From positions 1,024,001-1,088,000 of the forward strand of contig CAVSAC010000012.1 of NCBI GenBank assembly GCA_963725865.1: 64,000 bases of DNA. Direction: 5' to 3'. A program made the translations under genes and the position numbers. The DNA comes from Candidatus Eiseniibacteriota bacterium (lineage in GTDB: Bacteria > Eisenbacteria > RBG-16-71-46). Of this stretch, positions 18,679 through 29,178 are shown in pieces; within the stretch, counting starts at the first letter, position 1, and the number at the start of each line of letters is the position of its first letter. The notes beneath the pieces are model-generated. The model was not told where the DNA came from. It searched no databases and saw only the letters and a list, made by a program, of their open reading frames with translations.

Positions 18679-19170
18679 ATGAAGCACCGCACCCGCTGGC
18701 TCGCCCCGCTCGCGCTGGCTGCGATCGTGGGCTGCCACCACGCAGCCGGCACCAGCCCCGCCGACGTCACCTCCCACGCGGCGTCCGCCAGCGCGGCCGA
18801 GAAGGCCCCCGCCGCGCCCGCGGTTCCCCCGGAGGTCGTGACACCCAGCGGATTGAAGTACCAGGACCTCGTGGTTGGCTCGGGCACGATCGCCGAACCC
18901 GGGATGAGCGTGTCGGTGCACTACACCGGGTGGCTGACCGACGGCACCAAGTTCGACAGCAGCCTCGACCGCGGGCAGCCGTTCACGTTCACGCTGGGTG
19001 CCGGCAACGTGATCCGGGGCTGGGACGAGGGCGTGGCCGGCATGCGGGTCGGGGGCAAGCGCAAGCTCACGATCCCCGCCGAGCTGGGCTATGGCGATCG
19101 CGGCGCCGCGGGCGTGATCCCGGCGGGCGCCACTCTGGTGTTCGAAGTGCAGCTGCTCGGCGTGCGATGA
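18679..19170 (+). CDS. FKBP-type peptidyl-prolyl isomerase, lipoprotein
   Basis: Lipobox-like [48 protein letters not shown]. Confidence 0.93.
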   Translation: MKHRTRWLAPLALAAIVGCHHAAGTSPADVTSHAASASAAEKAPAAPAVPPEVVTPSGLKYQDLVVGSGTIAEPGMSVSVHYTGWLTDGTKFDSSLDRGQPFTFTLGAGNVIRGWDEGVAGMRVGGKRKLTIPAELGYGDRGAAGVIPAGATLVFEVQLLGVR

Positions 19171-19241
19171 CCGCGGCGGCGTTGCGACGCTCCGTCGCCG
19201 CGCTGCGCCTCGGCCGCACGACCGCGCTCGGGAGGAGTCCG

Positions 19242-19739
19242 ATGACCACGCAGCGAGGTTGGCTCGCCCTGGCGGCCGTGATCGCTCTCGCGGGCTGCCA
19301 GCCGAAGAGCACTCCGCCCGCCGCGTCCACGCCGGCACCGGCGCCCGCGACTCCGGCGGTCGCGGCGCAGGACACCGCGGTGTGGACGATCAACGGCAAG
19401 CCGGTCCGTACCGCGAGCGGGCTGAAGTTCTGGGACCTGGTGGTGGGCAGGGGGGTCGTGGCGAAGTCCGGCTCGACGGTCTCCGTCCATTACGTCGGGC
19501 GCCTGACGGACGGCACCGTCTTCGATCATTCGTACGGCCGCGGCGAGCCGCTGGTGTTCCGGCTCGGCAGCGGGCAGGTCATCAAGGGATGGGACGAGGG
19601 CATCTCCGGAATGAAGGTCGGCGGCAGGCGCAAGCTCGAGATCCCGCCGGCGCTGGCGTACGGCGACAACGGGGCCGGCGGCGTCATCCCGCCCCGTGCC
19701 ACCCTCGTGTTCCAGGTCGAGCTCGTGGACGTCAAGTGA
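19242..19739 (+). CDS. FKBP-type peptidyl-prolyl isomerase, second copy, lipoprotein
   Basis: GGAGGAG RBS; LAGC lipobox; [18 protein letters not shown]...[15 protein letters not shown]. Confidence 0.93.
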   Translation: MTTQRGWLALAAVIALAGCQPKSTPPAASTPAPAPATPAVAAQDTAVWTINGKPVRTASGLKFWDLVVGRGVVAKSGSTVSVHYVGRLTDGTVFDHSYGRGEPLVFRLGSGQVIKGWDEGISGMKVGGRRKLEIPPALAYGDNGAGGVIPPRATLVFQVELVDVK

Positions 19740-19800
19740 AGTGACCGAGCGCGGCGGCTCCTCGCGGGGTCGCCGCGCCTTCGTGCAGAGGAGCTTCCCC

Positions 19801-22485
19801 ATGCTGCGTCCCTCCGCCATGGCCGTGCTGCTCCTGTTCGTCGCGCCGACGGCCGCGCTCGCGTCACCCGCCCCGGTCCGTTCGTCCGCCCCCCGCGCTC
19901 CGGCGACGTTCGACCAGCGCACGCTCAAGGACTACCCGTGGCGCTCGATCGGCCCCGCGACGATGGGTGGCCGCGTCTCCAGCATCGCGGTGGACGAGGC
20001 GCACCCGGCGACCGTATGGCTGGGGCTCGGCACCGGCGGGCTGTTCAAGTCGACCGACCTCGGCACCACGTGGATGCCGATGTTCGACGATCAGCCGGTC
20101 GCCTCGATCGGCGACGTCGCCCTGTGGCCGAAGAACCCGGACGTGGTCTGGGTGGGCACCGGCGAGGCCAACAGCCGCAATTCGTCGTCGTGGGGGAACG
20201 GGGTCTACCGCAGCGACGACGGCGGCGCCACCTGGTCACCCCGCGGGCTCGAGGGGACGCGCAGCATCGCGCGCGTGGTGCCGCATCCGACCGACAGCAA
20301 CACGGTCTACGTGGCGGCGCTCGGACGGCTGTGGGGCGAGAGCCGAGAACGCGGCGTGTTCAAGACCACCGACGGCGGCCGCACCTGGCAGCCGGTGCTC
20401 CAGGTCGACGCGCGCACCGGCGCGGTCGACCTGGCGATGGACCCCGGCGATCCGCAGGTGCTCTACGCGGCGATGTACACCCGGCTGCGCACGCCGTGGT
20501 CGTACGAGGGCGGCAGCGCGGTCGGCGGCATCTTTCGCACGCACGACGGCGGCCGCACCTGGACGCGCTGCACCGACGGGCTGCCGGCGCACACCGGACG
20601 CATCGGGCTCCAGGTGTGGCGCAGGGATCCGCGCGTGGTGTTCGCGGTGGTGGAGTCGGACGAGGGCGGCCACCTCTCCGACTTCGAGGACAAGAGCCGC
20701 ACGGGTGGCGTGTTCCGCAGCGACGATCGCGGCGAGCACTGGCGGCGGCTCACCGACCTGGTGCCGCGACCGTTCTACTTCGGCCAGATCCGCGTGCAGC
20801 CCGACGACAGCACCCGCGTCTACCTGCTCGGCACCGACCTGTGGATCTCCGACGACGGCGGCCACCACTTCCGCGCCGGCGGAGCGCGCAACCTGCACCC
20901 CGATCTCCACGCGATGTGGGTCGACCCGACCGGAGGCGGGCGGGTGCTGATGGGGACCGACGGCGGGTTGTTCCTCAGCCACGACCGCGCGGCGCACTGG
21001 GACTTCGTCAACAACCTCGCGATCGGCGAGTTCTACGACCTCGCGGTGGACATGGGCGACCCGTACCGCGTGTACGGCGGCTTGCAGGACAACCAGTCGT
21101 GGGGCGGCCCGAGCCGCACGCGCTTCGAGACGCAGACGTGGGGCGAGGAGGACCGGCATCTCGGCATCCTGAACCACGACTGGACCTGCCTCGGTGGCGG
21201 CGACGGCTTCCACGTCGCGGCGGATCCGACCGATCCCGACATCGTGTACTGGGAGTCGCAGGGCGGCTCGCTCGTGCGCACCGATCTCGCGAGCGGCGTG
21301 CAGCGGCGGCTCCAGCCGGTGGCCAAGGAGGGGCAGCCGGTGTTCCGATTCAATTGGAACACGCCCTTCATGATCTCGCCGCACGACCCGAGCGTGCTGT
21401 GGATGGGCGGCAACCGGCTCTTCCGGCTCGAGCAGCGCGGCGACCGGTGGGAACCGGCGAGCCCCGACCTGACCACCCAGGATCCGCGGCGCATGGTGAC
21501 CGGCGGTTCGGGCGCCGAGACCTACTGCACCATCACCACGCTCTGCGAGTCCCCGCTGCAGCGCGGGCTGGTGTGGGTGGGCACCGACGACGGCAAGGTG
21601 TGGGTGACGCCCGATGGCGGCGCGACGTGGGAGGACCTCACGAGCGCGCTGCGCGGAGTGCCGGCGGGACTGTACGTCACCTGCATCGAGGCCTCGCATC
21701 ACGACCCGCGCACCGCCTTCGTGTCGATCGACGGGCATCGCTCGGATCACCTGGCGCCGTACGTGCTTGTGACGCATGACCGCGGCCGCACGTGGAGTCC
21801 GATCGTCGGGGACCTGCCGCGCGAGGTGCCGGTGCACGTCGTGCGCGAGGACCTCGCCGATCCGTCGCTGCTGTTCGTGGGCACCGAGACCGGGATCCAC
21901 CTGAGCCTCGACGGCGGCGCGCACTGGACGCGGATGGACCGCGGCCTGCCGACAGTGGCGGTGGACGACATCGTCATCCACCCGCGCGAGCGCGACCTCA
22001 TCGCTGGCACCCACGGCCGCAGCGTGTACGTGCTCGACGACATCGGACCACTCGAGCAGTGGAAGGCGACCGCGCAGCACGACACCGTCACGTTCTTCGC
22101 CCCGCGACCGGCCACCGCGTACCTGATCCAGGGGATCGGCGGTGTGTGGGGCCAGAAGTCGTTCGCGGCGAAGAACCCGGCGTTCGGGGCGTCGCTCGAC
22201 TACCTGCTCGCGCACGACATGGACGACGAAGTGTCGATCACGATCGCCGACAGCGCCGGGCGCACGGTGCGCACGCTGAAGGGGCCGGGCACCGCGGGCC
22301 TCCATCGCGTGATGTGGGACCTGATCGCCGGCGACCCGCGCGCGCGCGTCGAGCGCCCCGAGTGGCTCGACCGTCCCGAGTTCGTCGAGCCGGGACGTTA
22401 CACGGTCACGCTGAAGTGCCCCGGCGCGACCACCCGGCAGCAGCCGCTGGTGGTGCGGGCGGCGCCCGGGGCGCCGACGCGCTGA
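19801..22485 (+). CDS. Secreted BNR/Asp-box (VPS10/sortilin-like) beta-propeller glycosyl-hydrolase-like protein
   Basis: Signal peptide; WRSIGP..MGGR; many S/T-x-D-G-G-x-T-W boxes; GGLQDN; RFNWNTP; GTHGRS. Confidence 0.85.
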   Translation: MLRPSAMAVLLLFVAPTAALASPAPVRSSAPRAPATFDQRTLKDYPWRSIGPATMGGRVSSIAVDEAHPATVWLGLGTGGLFKSTDLGTTWMPMFDDQPVASIGDVALWPKNPDVVWVGTGEANSRNSSSWGNGVYRSDDGGATWSPRGLEGTRSIARVVPHPTDSNTVYVAALGRLWGESRERGVFKTTDGGRTWQPVLQVDARTGAVDLAMDPGDPQVLYAAMYTRLRTPWSYEGGSAVGGIFRTHDGGRTWTRCTDGLPAHTGRIGLQVWRRDPRVVFAVVESDEGGHLSDFEDKSRTGGVFRSDDRGEHWRRLTDLVPRPFYFGQIRVQPDDSTRVYLLGTDLWISDDGGHHFRAGGARNLHPDLHAMWVDPTGGGRVLMGTDGGLFLSHDRAAHWDFVNNLAIGEFYDLAVDMGDPYRVYGGLQDNQSWGGPSRTRFETQTWGEEDRHLGILNHDWTCLGGGDGFHVAADPTDPDIVYWESQGGSLVRTDLASGVQRRLQPVAKEGQPVFRFNWNTPFMISPHDPSVLWMGGNRLFRLEQRGDRWEPASPDLTTQDPRRMVTGGSGAETYCTITTLCESPLQRGLVWVGTDDGKVWVTPDGGATWEDLTSALRGVPAGLYVTCIEASHHDPRTAFVSIDGHRSDHLAPYVLVTHDRGRTWSPIVGDLPREVPVHVVREDLADPSLLFVGTETGIHLSLDGGAHWTRMDRGLPTVAVDDIVIHPRERDLIAGTHGRSVYVLDDIGPLEQWKATAQHDTVTFFAPRPATAYLIQGIGGVWGQKSFAAKNPAFGASLDYLLAHDMDDEVSITIADSAGRTVRTLKGPGTAGLHRVMWDLIAGDPRARVERPEWLDRPEFVEPGRYTVTLKCPGATTRQQPLVVRAAPGAPTR

Positions 22486-22729
22486 GACGGGGCGCGGGAT
22501 CCCGGACGCGGCCCGGCTTGACCGGCACCGGGCCGAGGCGGGAGACTCGTGGCCGTTCGGATCCGCGCCTTCGCGCCGCCTGAAGGCTTCAGTCGCAGCC
22601 GCGGGATCGATGGACCCCGCGGCTGTGCGCGTTCGGAGCGGTATCCGACGGCATCCGCATGGTGGCGTCCCGGGACGTCATCGACATCGAAGGAGGGGAC
22701 GCCGCGTCCCCGCATCGAAGGAGTCCGCA

Positions 22730-22930
22730 GTGGCCAGTGGTACCGTGAAGTGGTTCAACGACGCGAAGGGATTCGGCTTCATCTCGCAGGAGGGTGGCGA
22801 GGACGTGTTCGTGCATTTCTCGGCCATCCAGGGCGAGGGCTTCAAGAGCCTCGTCGAGGGCGACAAGGTCGAGTTCGACATCGTCCAGGGGCCGAAGGGC
22901 CTGCAGGCGAGCAACGTCCACAAGTCCTGA
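22730..22930 (+). CDS. Cold-shock protein
   Basis: [40 protein letters not shown] and GTG start. Confidence 0.95.
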   Translation: MASGTVKWFNDAKGFGFISQEGGEDVFVHFSAIQGEGFKSLVEGDKVEFDIVQGPKGLQASNVHKS

Positions 22931-22945
22931 TCCTCGTGAACGCCC

Positions 22946-22978
22946 GGAGCCGGACGGCTGCTCCAGCCGCCCGGCTCC
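22946..22978 (+). terminator. Stem-loop after the csp gene (terminator-like)
   Basis: GGAGCCGGACGGCTG-CTC-CAGCCGCCCGGCTCC, followed only by a short T tract. Confidence 0.55.
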
Positions 22979-23043
22979 TTCATTGGGCCACGCCCCAACC
23001 CGTCTGTGGATGATGATTTGCGACCGTCACCTCGTGCAGGGTC

Positions 23044-25299
23044 TCAGTCGGACTCGCGGCGCTGCACGGGTGAGGCGAGCAGCTGGTCGACCCCGATCAC
23101 CACTCCATGGCCATCGACCTGACCGAAGCGCAGGACGCCGGTCGGACACACGTGCACGCACGCCGAGCAGCGCACGCATTCGGGGTCGGCCATCGGCGCG
23201 CCGCGGTTCGCGAAGCGCATCACGTCGATGCCCTGGTGACAGACCGCGGTGCACTGCCCGCACGAGATGCACTTCTTCTTTTCGGCGAGGATGCGGAATC
23301 GGCTGAATCGTGCATACACGTGCATGAGGGCCGCGAGCGGGCAGAAGAAGCGGCACCAGAAGCGGCCCGAGTACCAGAAGTAGACGCCGTAGCCGACCAC
23401 GCCCGCGAGGAACACGTCGATCGTCCACTGGTACGGCGTCTTCAACAGCGGCTCGAAGATCCGGTCCGCCCAGTTCCCCGCCGGCAGCAGCCAGCCCGCG
23501 ATTCGCACCAGCAGTATCAACGCCACGAGCCCGAGCAGCGCCTGTCCCGCGAGCTGGAGCCGATTCCAGCCGGGACCGTGCGGCATCTTGTGCCGATGGG
23601 TGTCGCCGAGGGTCTCGGCCAGCGCGCCGCACGAGCACACCCACCCGCAGTAGGCGCCCTTGCCGTACAGATACACGCCGAACGGGATGAGCACGCACGT
23701 CTGCACGAACGAGATCGCCAGCCACCATCCGAGCGGCTGGTGCGTGAATACGTTGTAGACGTCGAGCGGCCACGCGAGCACCAGCCCGTAGGCGCGCCAG
23801 TACTCGCGGCCGTGTCCGTAGCCGACCACCGGGAACAGCGCGTCGAGCAGCCCGCGTGGCAGCCAGCCGTGGGCGCCCATCAGCGGCAGCAGCACCTCGG
23901 GGAGCAGGAACAGCGGCCCCACCTGCACCGCCATCAGCGTGAGCGTCTGCGCGGTGATGTAGGGCGTACGGCGGCGCCGGATGCGGCGCAGCCCGAACAC
24001 CACGACGACCGTGGAGTAGGCGAGCGTGTACCAGAACGAGGGGCCCGACGCGCTGATGGCGAGCGTGCCGAGCAGCGTGTGCGGATCGGCGGCCTGCGCG
24101 GCCATCGCGCCACCGGCCGCGCGCAGCCGCTCGGGCAGGTCGGTGGGGAACCAGTGGCGCGCGTACCAGAGCGACGAGAAATAGCCGCCCGACTTCCAGT
24201 CGTAGAGCCACGCGCAGCCGAGCATGAACGCGGCCATCGCGAGCAGCCGGGCCCGGGTCCATTCGCCGGCGATCGCGACGCCGCAGCGGCGCAGGAACTC
24301 GAGCGGCGCGGTGCGCCCGATCATCGTGAAGACGGCGTCGGCGGCGAGCGACGTCTCGCGGCCGCCGGCGTCCACGAGCCGCACCGCGTCGGGCGCGATC
24401 GCACGCACCGTGGTGCGCAGCCGCACGGCGATCCGGCCGGCGGCCGGCACGGCGTCGGCGCTCGCGAGCGCCTGCACCCGCTCGATGTTCTCCGGCTTCG
24501 CGCGTGCGAGATCCTCGCCGCGGTGCGCCAGCGTGACCGCCGCGCCCGCCTCGGCGAGCGCCGACGCGGTCTCGAGTGCGGAGTCGCCGCCGCCAGCCAC
24601 CAGCACGCGGCGGCCCGCGAAGTCGCCCGGGTCGTGCAGGCGATTGCTCACCAGGTCGAGGTCCTCGCCCGGCACCCCGAGCCGCCGGTACTCGCCGCTG
24701 CGGCCGATGGCGAGTACCGCGCGCCGCGCGTGCACCTCGCCGCCGCCCGCCAGCCGCGCCACCAGCCCGCCGCCCGCGCGCCCGACCGACTCCACGAGCG
24801 CGGGCTCGGGGGCGATCCCGAGTACTGCCGCCTGCGCGCGCAGCTCGTCCAGCAGCGTCTCCTTCACGGTCGCGCGCACCTGCAGCGCGGACGTCGGAGT
24901 CATGGCGCGGGGGTACGTGAAGATCGGCTTCGCGCGCGGGAAGTTCGCGATGGTGGAGAACGCCTCGGCGCTCTCGAGCAGCCGGAACGAGAGGCCGAGC
25001 TTGCGCGCCTCGGCCGCCGCCGCGACGCCCGCCGGACCCGCGCCCACGATCACCACGTCGACCGCGCCCGCCGGCACGTCGGCCGCGCGCCAGGCGGCGT
25101 CGGCGGCGATGGCGCGCATCACCCGGGCGCCGGACTCCAGCGCGCTCTTCAGCAGCGGCACGCCCGCGAGGTCGCCGGCGACGTACACGCCGGCCACCGA
25201 CGTGGCGCCGTCCTCGCGCACCGCCGGCGCGGGCTCGACGAGTCCGGCCGGCCAGCGCAGGTGCAGCCAGCGGGCATAGCGGCGCAACGGGCCGATCAT
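23044..25299 (-). CDS. FAD/NAD(P)-dependent thioredoxin-reductase-like oxidoreductase fused to a membrane 4Fe-4S (NapH/CcoG-like) domain
   Basis: GAGPAG, GVPGED and GGGDSA motifs; TM helices; YCGWVCSCG and WCRFFCP; CISCGQCTAVC and CVRCSACVHVC. Confidence 0.8.
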   Translation of the reverse strand: MIGPLRRYARWLHLRWPAGLVEPAPAVREDGATSVAGVYVAGDLAGVPLLKSALESGARVMRAIAADAAWRAADVPAGAVDVVIVGAGPAGVAAAAEARKLGLSFRLLESAEAFSTIANFPRAKPIFTYPRAMTPTSALQVRATVKETLLDELRAQAAVLGIAPEPALVESVGRAGGGLVARLAGGGEVHARRAVLAIGRSGEYRRLGVPGEDLDLVSNRLHDPGDFAGRRVLVAGGGDSALETASALAEAGAAVTLAHRGEDLARAKPENIERVQALASADAVPAAGRIAVRLRTTVRAIAPDAVRLVDAGGRETSLAADAVFTMIGRTAPLEFLRRCGVAIAGEWTRARLLAMAAFMLGCAWLYDWKSGGYFSSLWYARHWFPTDLPERLRAAGGAMAAQAADPHTLLGTLAISASGPSFWYTLAYSTVVVVFGLRRIRRRRTPYITAQTLTLMAVQVGPLFLLPEVLLPLMGAHGWLPRGLLDALFPVVGYGHGREYWRAYGLVLAWPLDVYNVFTHQPLGWWLAISFVQTCVLIPFGVYLYGKGAYCGWVCSCGALAETLGDTHRHKMPHGPGWNRLQLAGQALLGLVALILLVRIAGWLLPAGNWADRIFEPLLKTPYQWTIDVFLAGVVGYGVYFWYSGRFWCRFFCPLAALMHVYARFSRFRILAEKKKCISCGQCTAVCHQGIDVMRFANRGAPMADPECVRCSACVHVCPTGVLRFGQVDGHGVVIGVDQLLASPVQRRESD

Positions 25300-26225
25300 G
25301 CCCGGGGTGGTCCGGATCCGCCCGCGACCGCGGCGCGCAGTCGCAGCCGGTCGCCCGCGAGCGCCAGCGCCAGCCCCGCCATCACGAGCACCGTGCCGAG
25401 CACCTCGCCGCTCTCGAGCCGCTCGCCGCGGAACACCACGCCGAGCGCGAGCGCGACCACCGGGACGATCACCGAGATGAACGAGATGCGCGTGACGGGC
25501 CAGTGGTTGACCAGCCACGCGTACAACCCGAAGGCCCCGATCGAGCCGGCGACCACGAGGTAAAGCACCGGGAGGAGTTCGGGGCCGCGGGTGGGCAGCG
25601 GGTGCGGCTCGCGCGCCAGGACGCTGGCCAGCATCGCCGCCCCGAAGCCCGTGAACGAGGCGATCGCGTTGGCGGCCAGCGGATCCTGGCGCGGCCCGCG
25701 CTTGAGCACCACGCCGGACGCCGCCGCGCAGGTCGCGGCGAACACCGCGGCGGCGACCGGCAGCGCCTGCACCGCGCCCGACGCGCGCCCGGCCACGATC
25801 GCGACGACGCCACCGAGCGCGACCAGGGCGCCGGCGATCTTGAGCGGCACCAGCCGCTCGAGCCCGGACGCCCGCGCGAACAGGGCGGTCGTGAGCGGGA
25901 TGGTGGCGTAGAGCACCGCGACCAGTCCCGAGGGCACCACCAGCTCGGACCAGTACAGCAGCGGCATGCTGATCCCCATGTTGAGGAGGCCGTAGCCGGC
26001 CGCGGCGCGCAGCGCGGCTCCGCGCGGAAGCCGGCGGCCGAGCGCGTAGGTGATCGCCGTGAGCAGCACGCCCGCGAGCGCCATGCGCAGCGCGACGGCC
26101 CAGCACGGCGGCAGCGCGTCGTCGCCGATCGAGATGACCAGGAACGTGCTGCCCCAGATGGTGCTGCAGCCGGCGAACGCGGCCCACGCGGCGGTGCCGC
26201 CGGAGGCCTGCTCGGTGGTGCTCAC
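25296..26225 (-). CDS. EamA/DMT family transporter
   Basis: 'IWGSTF', about 10 TM helices, 'PVVALALG...GE.L'. Confidence 0.9.
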   Translation of the reverse strand: MSTTEQASGGTAAWAAFAGCSTIWGSTFLVISIGDDALPPCWAVALRMALAGVLLTAITYALGRRLPRGAALRAAAGYGLLNMGISMPLLYWSELVVPSGLVAVLYATIPLTTALFARASGLERLVPLKIAGALVALGGVVAIVAGRASGAVQALPVAAAVFAATCAAASGVVLKRGPRQDPLAANAIASFTGFGAAMLASVLAREPHPLPTRGPELLPVLYLVVAGSIGAFGLYAWLVNHWPVTRISFISVIVPVVALALGVVFRGERLESGEVLGTVLVMAGLALALAGDRLRLRAAVAGGSGPPRA

Positions 26226-26322
26226 GGATCCTCCCAGGTTGGGGCGCGGACGGCGACGCGCGCGGCCGGCACCATAGCCGTTCGAGGTCGCGGCGTCACG
26301 GCCGGGAGCGATGGACGCACGA

Positions 26323-26351
26323 AGGGCGGCGCCGCACGGCGACGCCGCCCT
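26323..26351. terminator. GC stem-loop downstream of the malic enzyme gene
   Basis: AGGGCGGCGCCG-CACGG-CGACGCCGCCCT. Confidence 0.45.
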
Positions 26352-26369
26352 CGGTTCTGCGGGTCGACC

Positions 26370-28107
26370 TCAGCGACGGCTCTCCGTCGCCAGCTCCTCG
26401 TGCACCGACCGCCGGGTGTCGGGCTCGATCGCCGGGTAGTCGGGGAACCACATCGCGTCCTTCACGGACTGCTCGATCGCGTCGTCGGCGATCATGCGCC
26501 CGAGGTTCAGGCGCTGCGCCTCGCGAATCACCGCGGCCGCGATCCGGGCACTGACCTTGCGCAGCCCGTCCGCGTCGGGGTACAGCTGGCCGCACGCGAG
26601 CTGCTGCTCGGTCACGCACGACGCCAGCGCCTTGGCCGCGATCAGGAACATGCTGTCGGTGACCTCGCGGGTCTCGGACAGGATGATGCCCAGCCCCACG
26701 CCCGGGAAGATGAACACGTTGTTGCCCTGACCGACCTTGTGGACGACGCCCTGGTAGGTCACCGGGCGGAACGGGCTGCCGGTCGCGATGATCGCGCGGC
26801 CCTCGGTCCACTGGATGGCCTCCTCGGGCGTGCACTCGCTCTTCGAGGTGGGGTTGGAGAGCGCGAACAGCACCGGGCGCTCGACGTGCCGCGCCATCTC
26901 GGTCAGCACTTCCTTGCTGAACAACCCGGGGGTGGCGCTGGTGCCGACCAGGATCGTGGGCTTCAGCTTCCGCACCACCTCGAGCAGGTCGAACGGGCCG
27001 TCGCCCTCGAACCCGTAGCCGCGCAGCTCCTCGCGGGTGAGCGCGAACTCGCGCTTCGGCACGTCCATCGGCTTGCCGTCGTCCCACACCAGGCCGTGCG
27101 AGTCCAGCAGTACCTGCGAGCGCCGCAGCTTCCCCGCGTCGCTGCACGACTCCGACATCGCGCTGCGCACCAGTCGCGCGATGCCGACGCCGGCCGAGCC
27201 GGCGCCCGCGTACACGATGCGCTGCTCCTCGAGCCGGCCGCCCGTGATACGGAGCGAGGCGAGCAGCCCGGCCACGATGACGGCGGAGGTGCCCTGGATG
27301 TCGTCGTTGAAGCACGTGAGGCGCTTGCGATAGCGGTCGAGGAGGCGGAAGGCGTTGTCCTTCGCGAAGTCCTCCCACTGCAGCAGCGCGCGCGGGAACA
27401 CCTCGCGCACCGCTTCGACGAACGCCTCGATGAAGCGGTCGTAGCGCTCGCCGCGCAGCCGGCGCTGGCGGTAGCCGACGTAGTACGGGTCGTTCAGCAG
27501 CTCGGCGTTGTTGGTGCCGATGTCGAGGCTGATCGGCAGGCACTGCGACGGGATGGATGCCGGCGGCCGCGGTGTAGAGCGCGAGCTTGCCGATCGGGAT
27601 GCCCATGCCGCCAGCGCCCTGGTCGCCGAGCCCGAGGATGCGCTCGTTGTCCGTCACCACGATCAGCCGCACGTCCTCGCGCCCGCAGTTGCGGAGCACC
27701 TCGGGGATCGAGTCCTCGTCCTCGGGCGTCAGCCAGACTCCGCGCGGCTGGCGGAAGATGTGGCTGAACATCTGGCAGGCCTTGCCGACCACGGGCGTGT
27801 ACACGATCGGCAGGAACTCGATCGCGTTCTCGACCAGCAGCCGGTAGAACAGCGTCTCGTTCCGGTCCTGGAGCGCGACCATGCCGATGTACTTCTCCAG
27901 GTCGGTGGATTTCGCCCGCAGGTGCTCCAGCTCGAGCGCCACCTGCTCCTCGATGGTGAGGTGGGCGGCCGGCAGCAGACCCCGCAGGCGCAGGGCCCGG
28001 CGTTCCTCGGGCGTGAACGCGAGCCCCTTGTTGCTGAGCGATTCGCGCATCAATGCGGGTCCGCGCCGCACGGTCTTCGCGGTACGGATGTTCTCGGAGC
28101 GGTCCAT
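26370..28107 (-). CDS. maeA: NAD-dependent malic enzyme, with a +1 frameshift at about 27550
   Basis: [37 protein letters not shown]; after the shift [49 protein letters not shown]. Confidence 0.9.
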
Positions 28108-28320
28108 CGGATCCCCTTTCACGGCGATCACGGGCCGGACCACCGCCGCGGCGAGGGCGGAACGCCGAGGTCCGGAGCGCGAAGCGCCGAAAGCACTTGT
28201 CGTCTCATGGGCGCTGGGGTCCGAAGCACCCGGATACTCCGCATCCTACTCCCAACTCCCAGCGCCGCCAATCCGAGCGGCCGCACCGCTCGCGGGCGGC
28301 CGCAGCCGCGGCGCGGCCGG

Positions 28321-29178
28321 CTAACCGGGCAGGGCGAGCGTCATCTCGCGCTGCCGCAGACGCACGGTGAATCCGGCCGCCGCCAGCGCGGCAGCGGCCG
28401 GGTCGCCCACCGGCAGGTTGGCGAGCGTGGCGCCCACTCCGGGGTGCGGAGCCAGCAGCGCCGCGAGCAGGGCGGCATGCGAACCGCTCGGGGCGTCGGG
28501 GCGGGCCGCAAGCGCCAGCACGGCCAGTCCGCGCGGCGAGGGATGGAACAGCGCCAGCGCGGAGATCCCACCCGCTCCACGCACGCCGAGCGCCGAGAGG
28601 CGCTCGGCCTGCCGCGTGAGCGAGGGCAGATCGCGCTGCCAGGGAGCGCGCTGCGGGTGGAGCGCCGCGTGTGCCGCCAGAGCCTCGTCGACCGGGATCG
28701 CGCTCACCGCCGGCGAAGCCACGGAAGCGATCGCCGGCGCCTCGGCGGGCCGCGCCCACACGTCCAGGTCGCGCGTCGCGCGGAAGCCGAGTCCGTCGTA
28801 GATGCGCGCGGCCCAGTTGTTCTGCTCCAGCACCTCGAGGTCCACGACCGAGAGCCTGATCGCGCGGGCTTCGGCCAGCACCGCCTCCATCGCTGCGCGT
28901 CCCAGCCCGCGGCCGCGCCACTCGGGGACCACGCCCATGCCGCCGACCCACCCGCGGCGGCCCCGCACGCCGAGCAGCGCGAAGCCGATCGGCTGGCCGC
29001 CGGCGACCGCCACCCGGGTCGCGGAGAGATCGAGATCCCAGGCCGCGGCGTACAGCGCGAACGCCTCGGCGTCGAGATGGATCGGCACGTAGTAGCCTTC
29101 GTAGCCGCGATTGAACAGCGTCGCCAGCGGCTCGAGGCCGAGGTGGTCGCCGGGGACGAAGCGTGCGCCGGGGCTCAT
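28321..29178 (-). CDS. GNAT-family N-acetyltransferase
   Basis: 'GMGVVPEWRGRGLG', 'LEVLEQN..A..IY..LGF'; 4-bp overlap with the upstream gene. Confidence 0.88.
   Translation of the reverse strand: MSPGARFVPGDHLGLEPLATLFNRGYEGYYVPIHLDAEAFALYAAAWDLDLSATRVAVAGGQPIGFALLGVRGRRGWVGGMGVVPEWRGRGLGRAAMEAVLAEARAIRLSVVDLEVLEQNNWAARIYDGLGFRATRDLDVWARPAEAPAIASVASPAVSAIPVDEALAAHAALHPQRAPWQRDLPSLTRQAERLSALGVRGAGGISALALFHPSPRGLAVLALAARPDAPSGSHAALLAALLAPHPGVGATLANLPVGDPAAAALAAAGFTVRLRQREMTLALPG

Noticed and set aside
2170..27556. Programmed frameshifting in pepD and malic enzyme
   Set aside because: No slippery heptamer or known precedent; single extra bases in short C/G runs fit sequencing error better.
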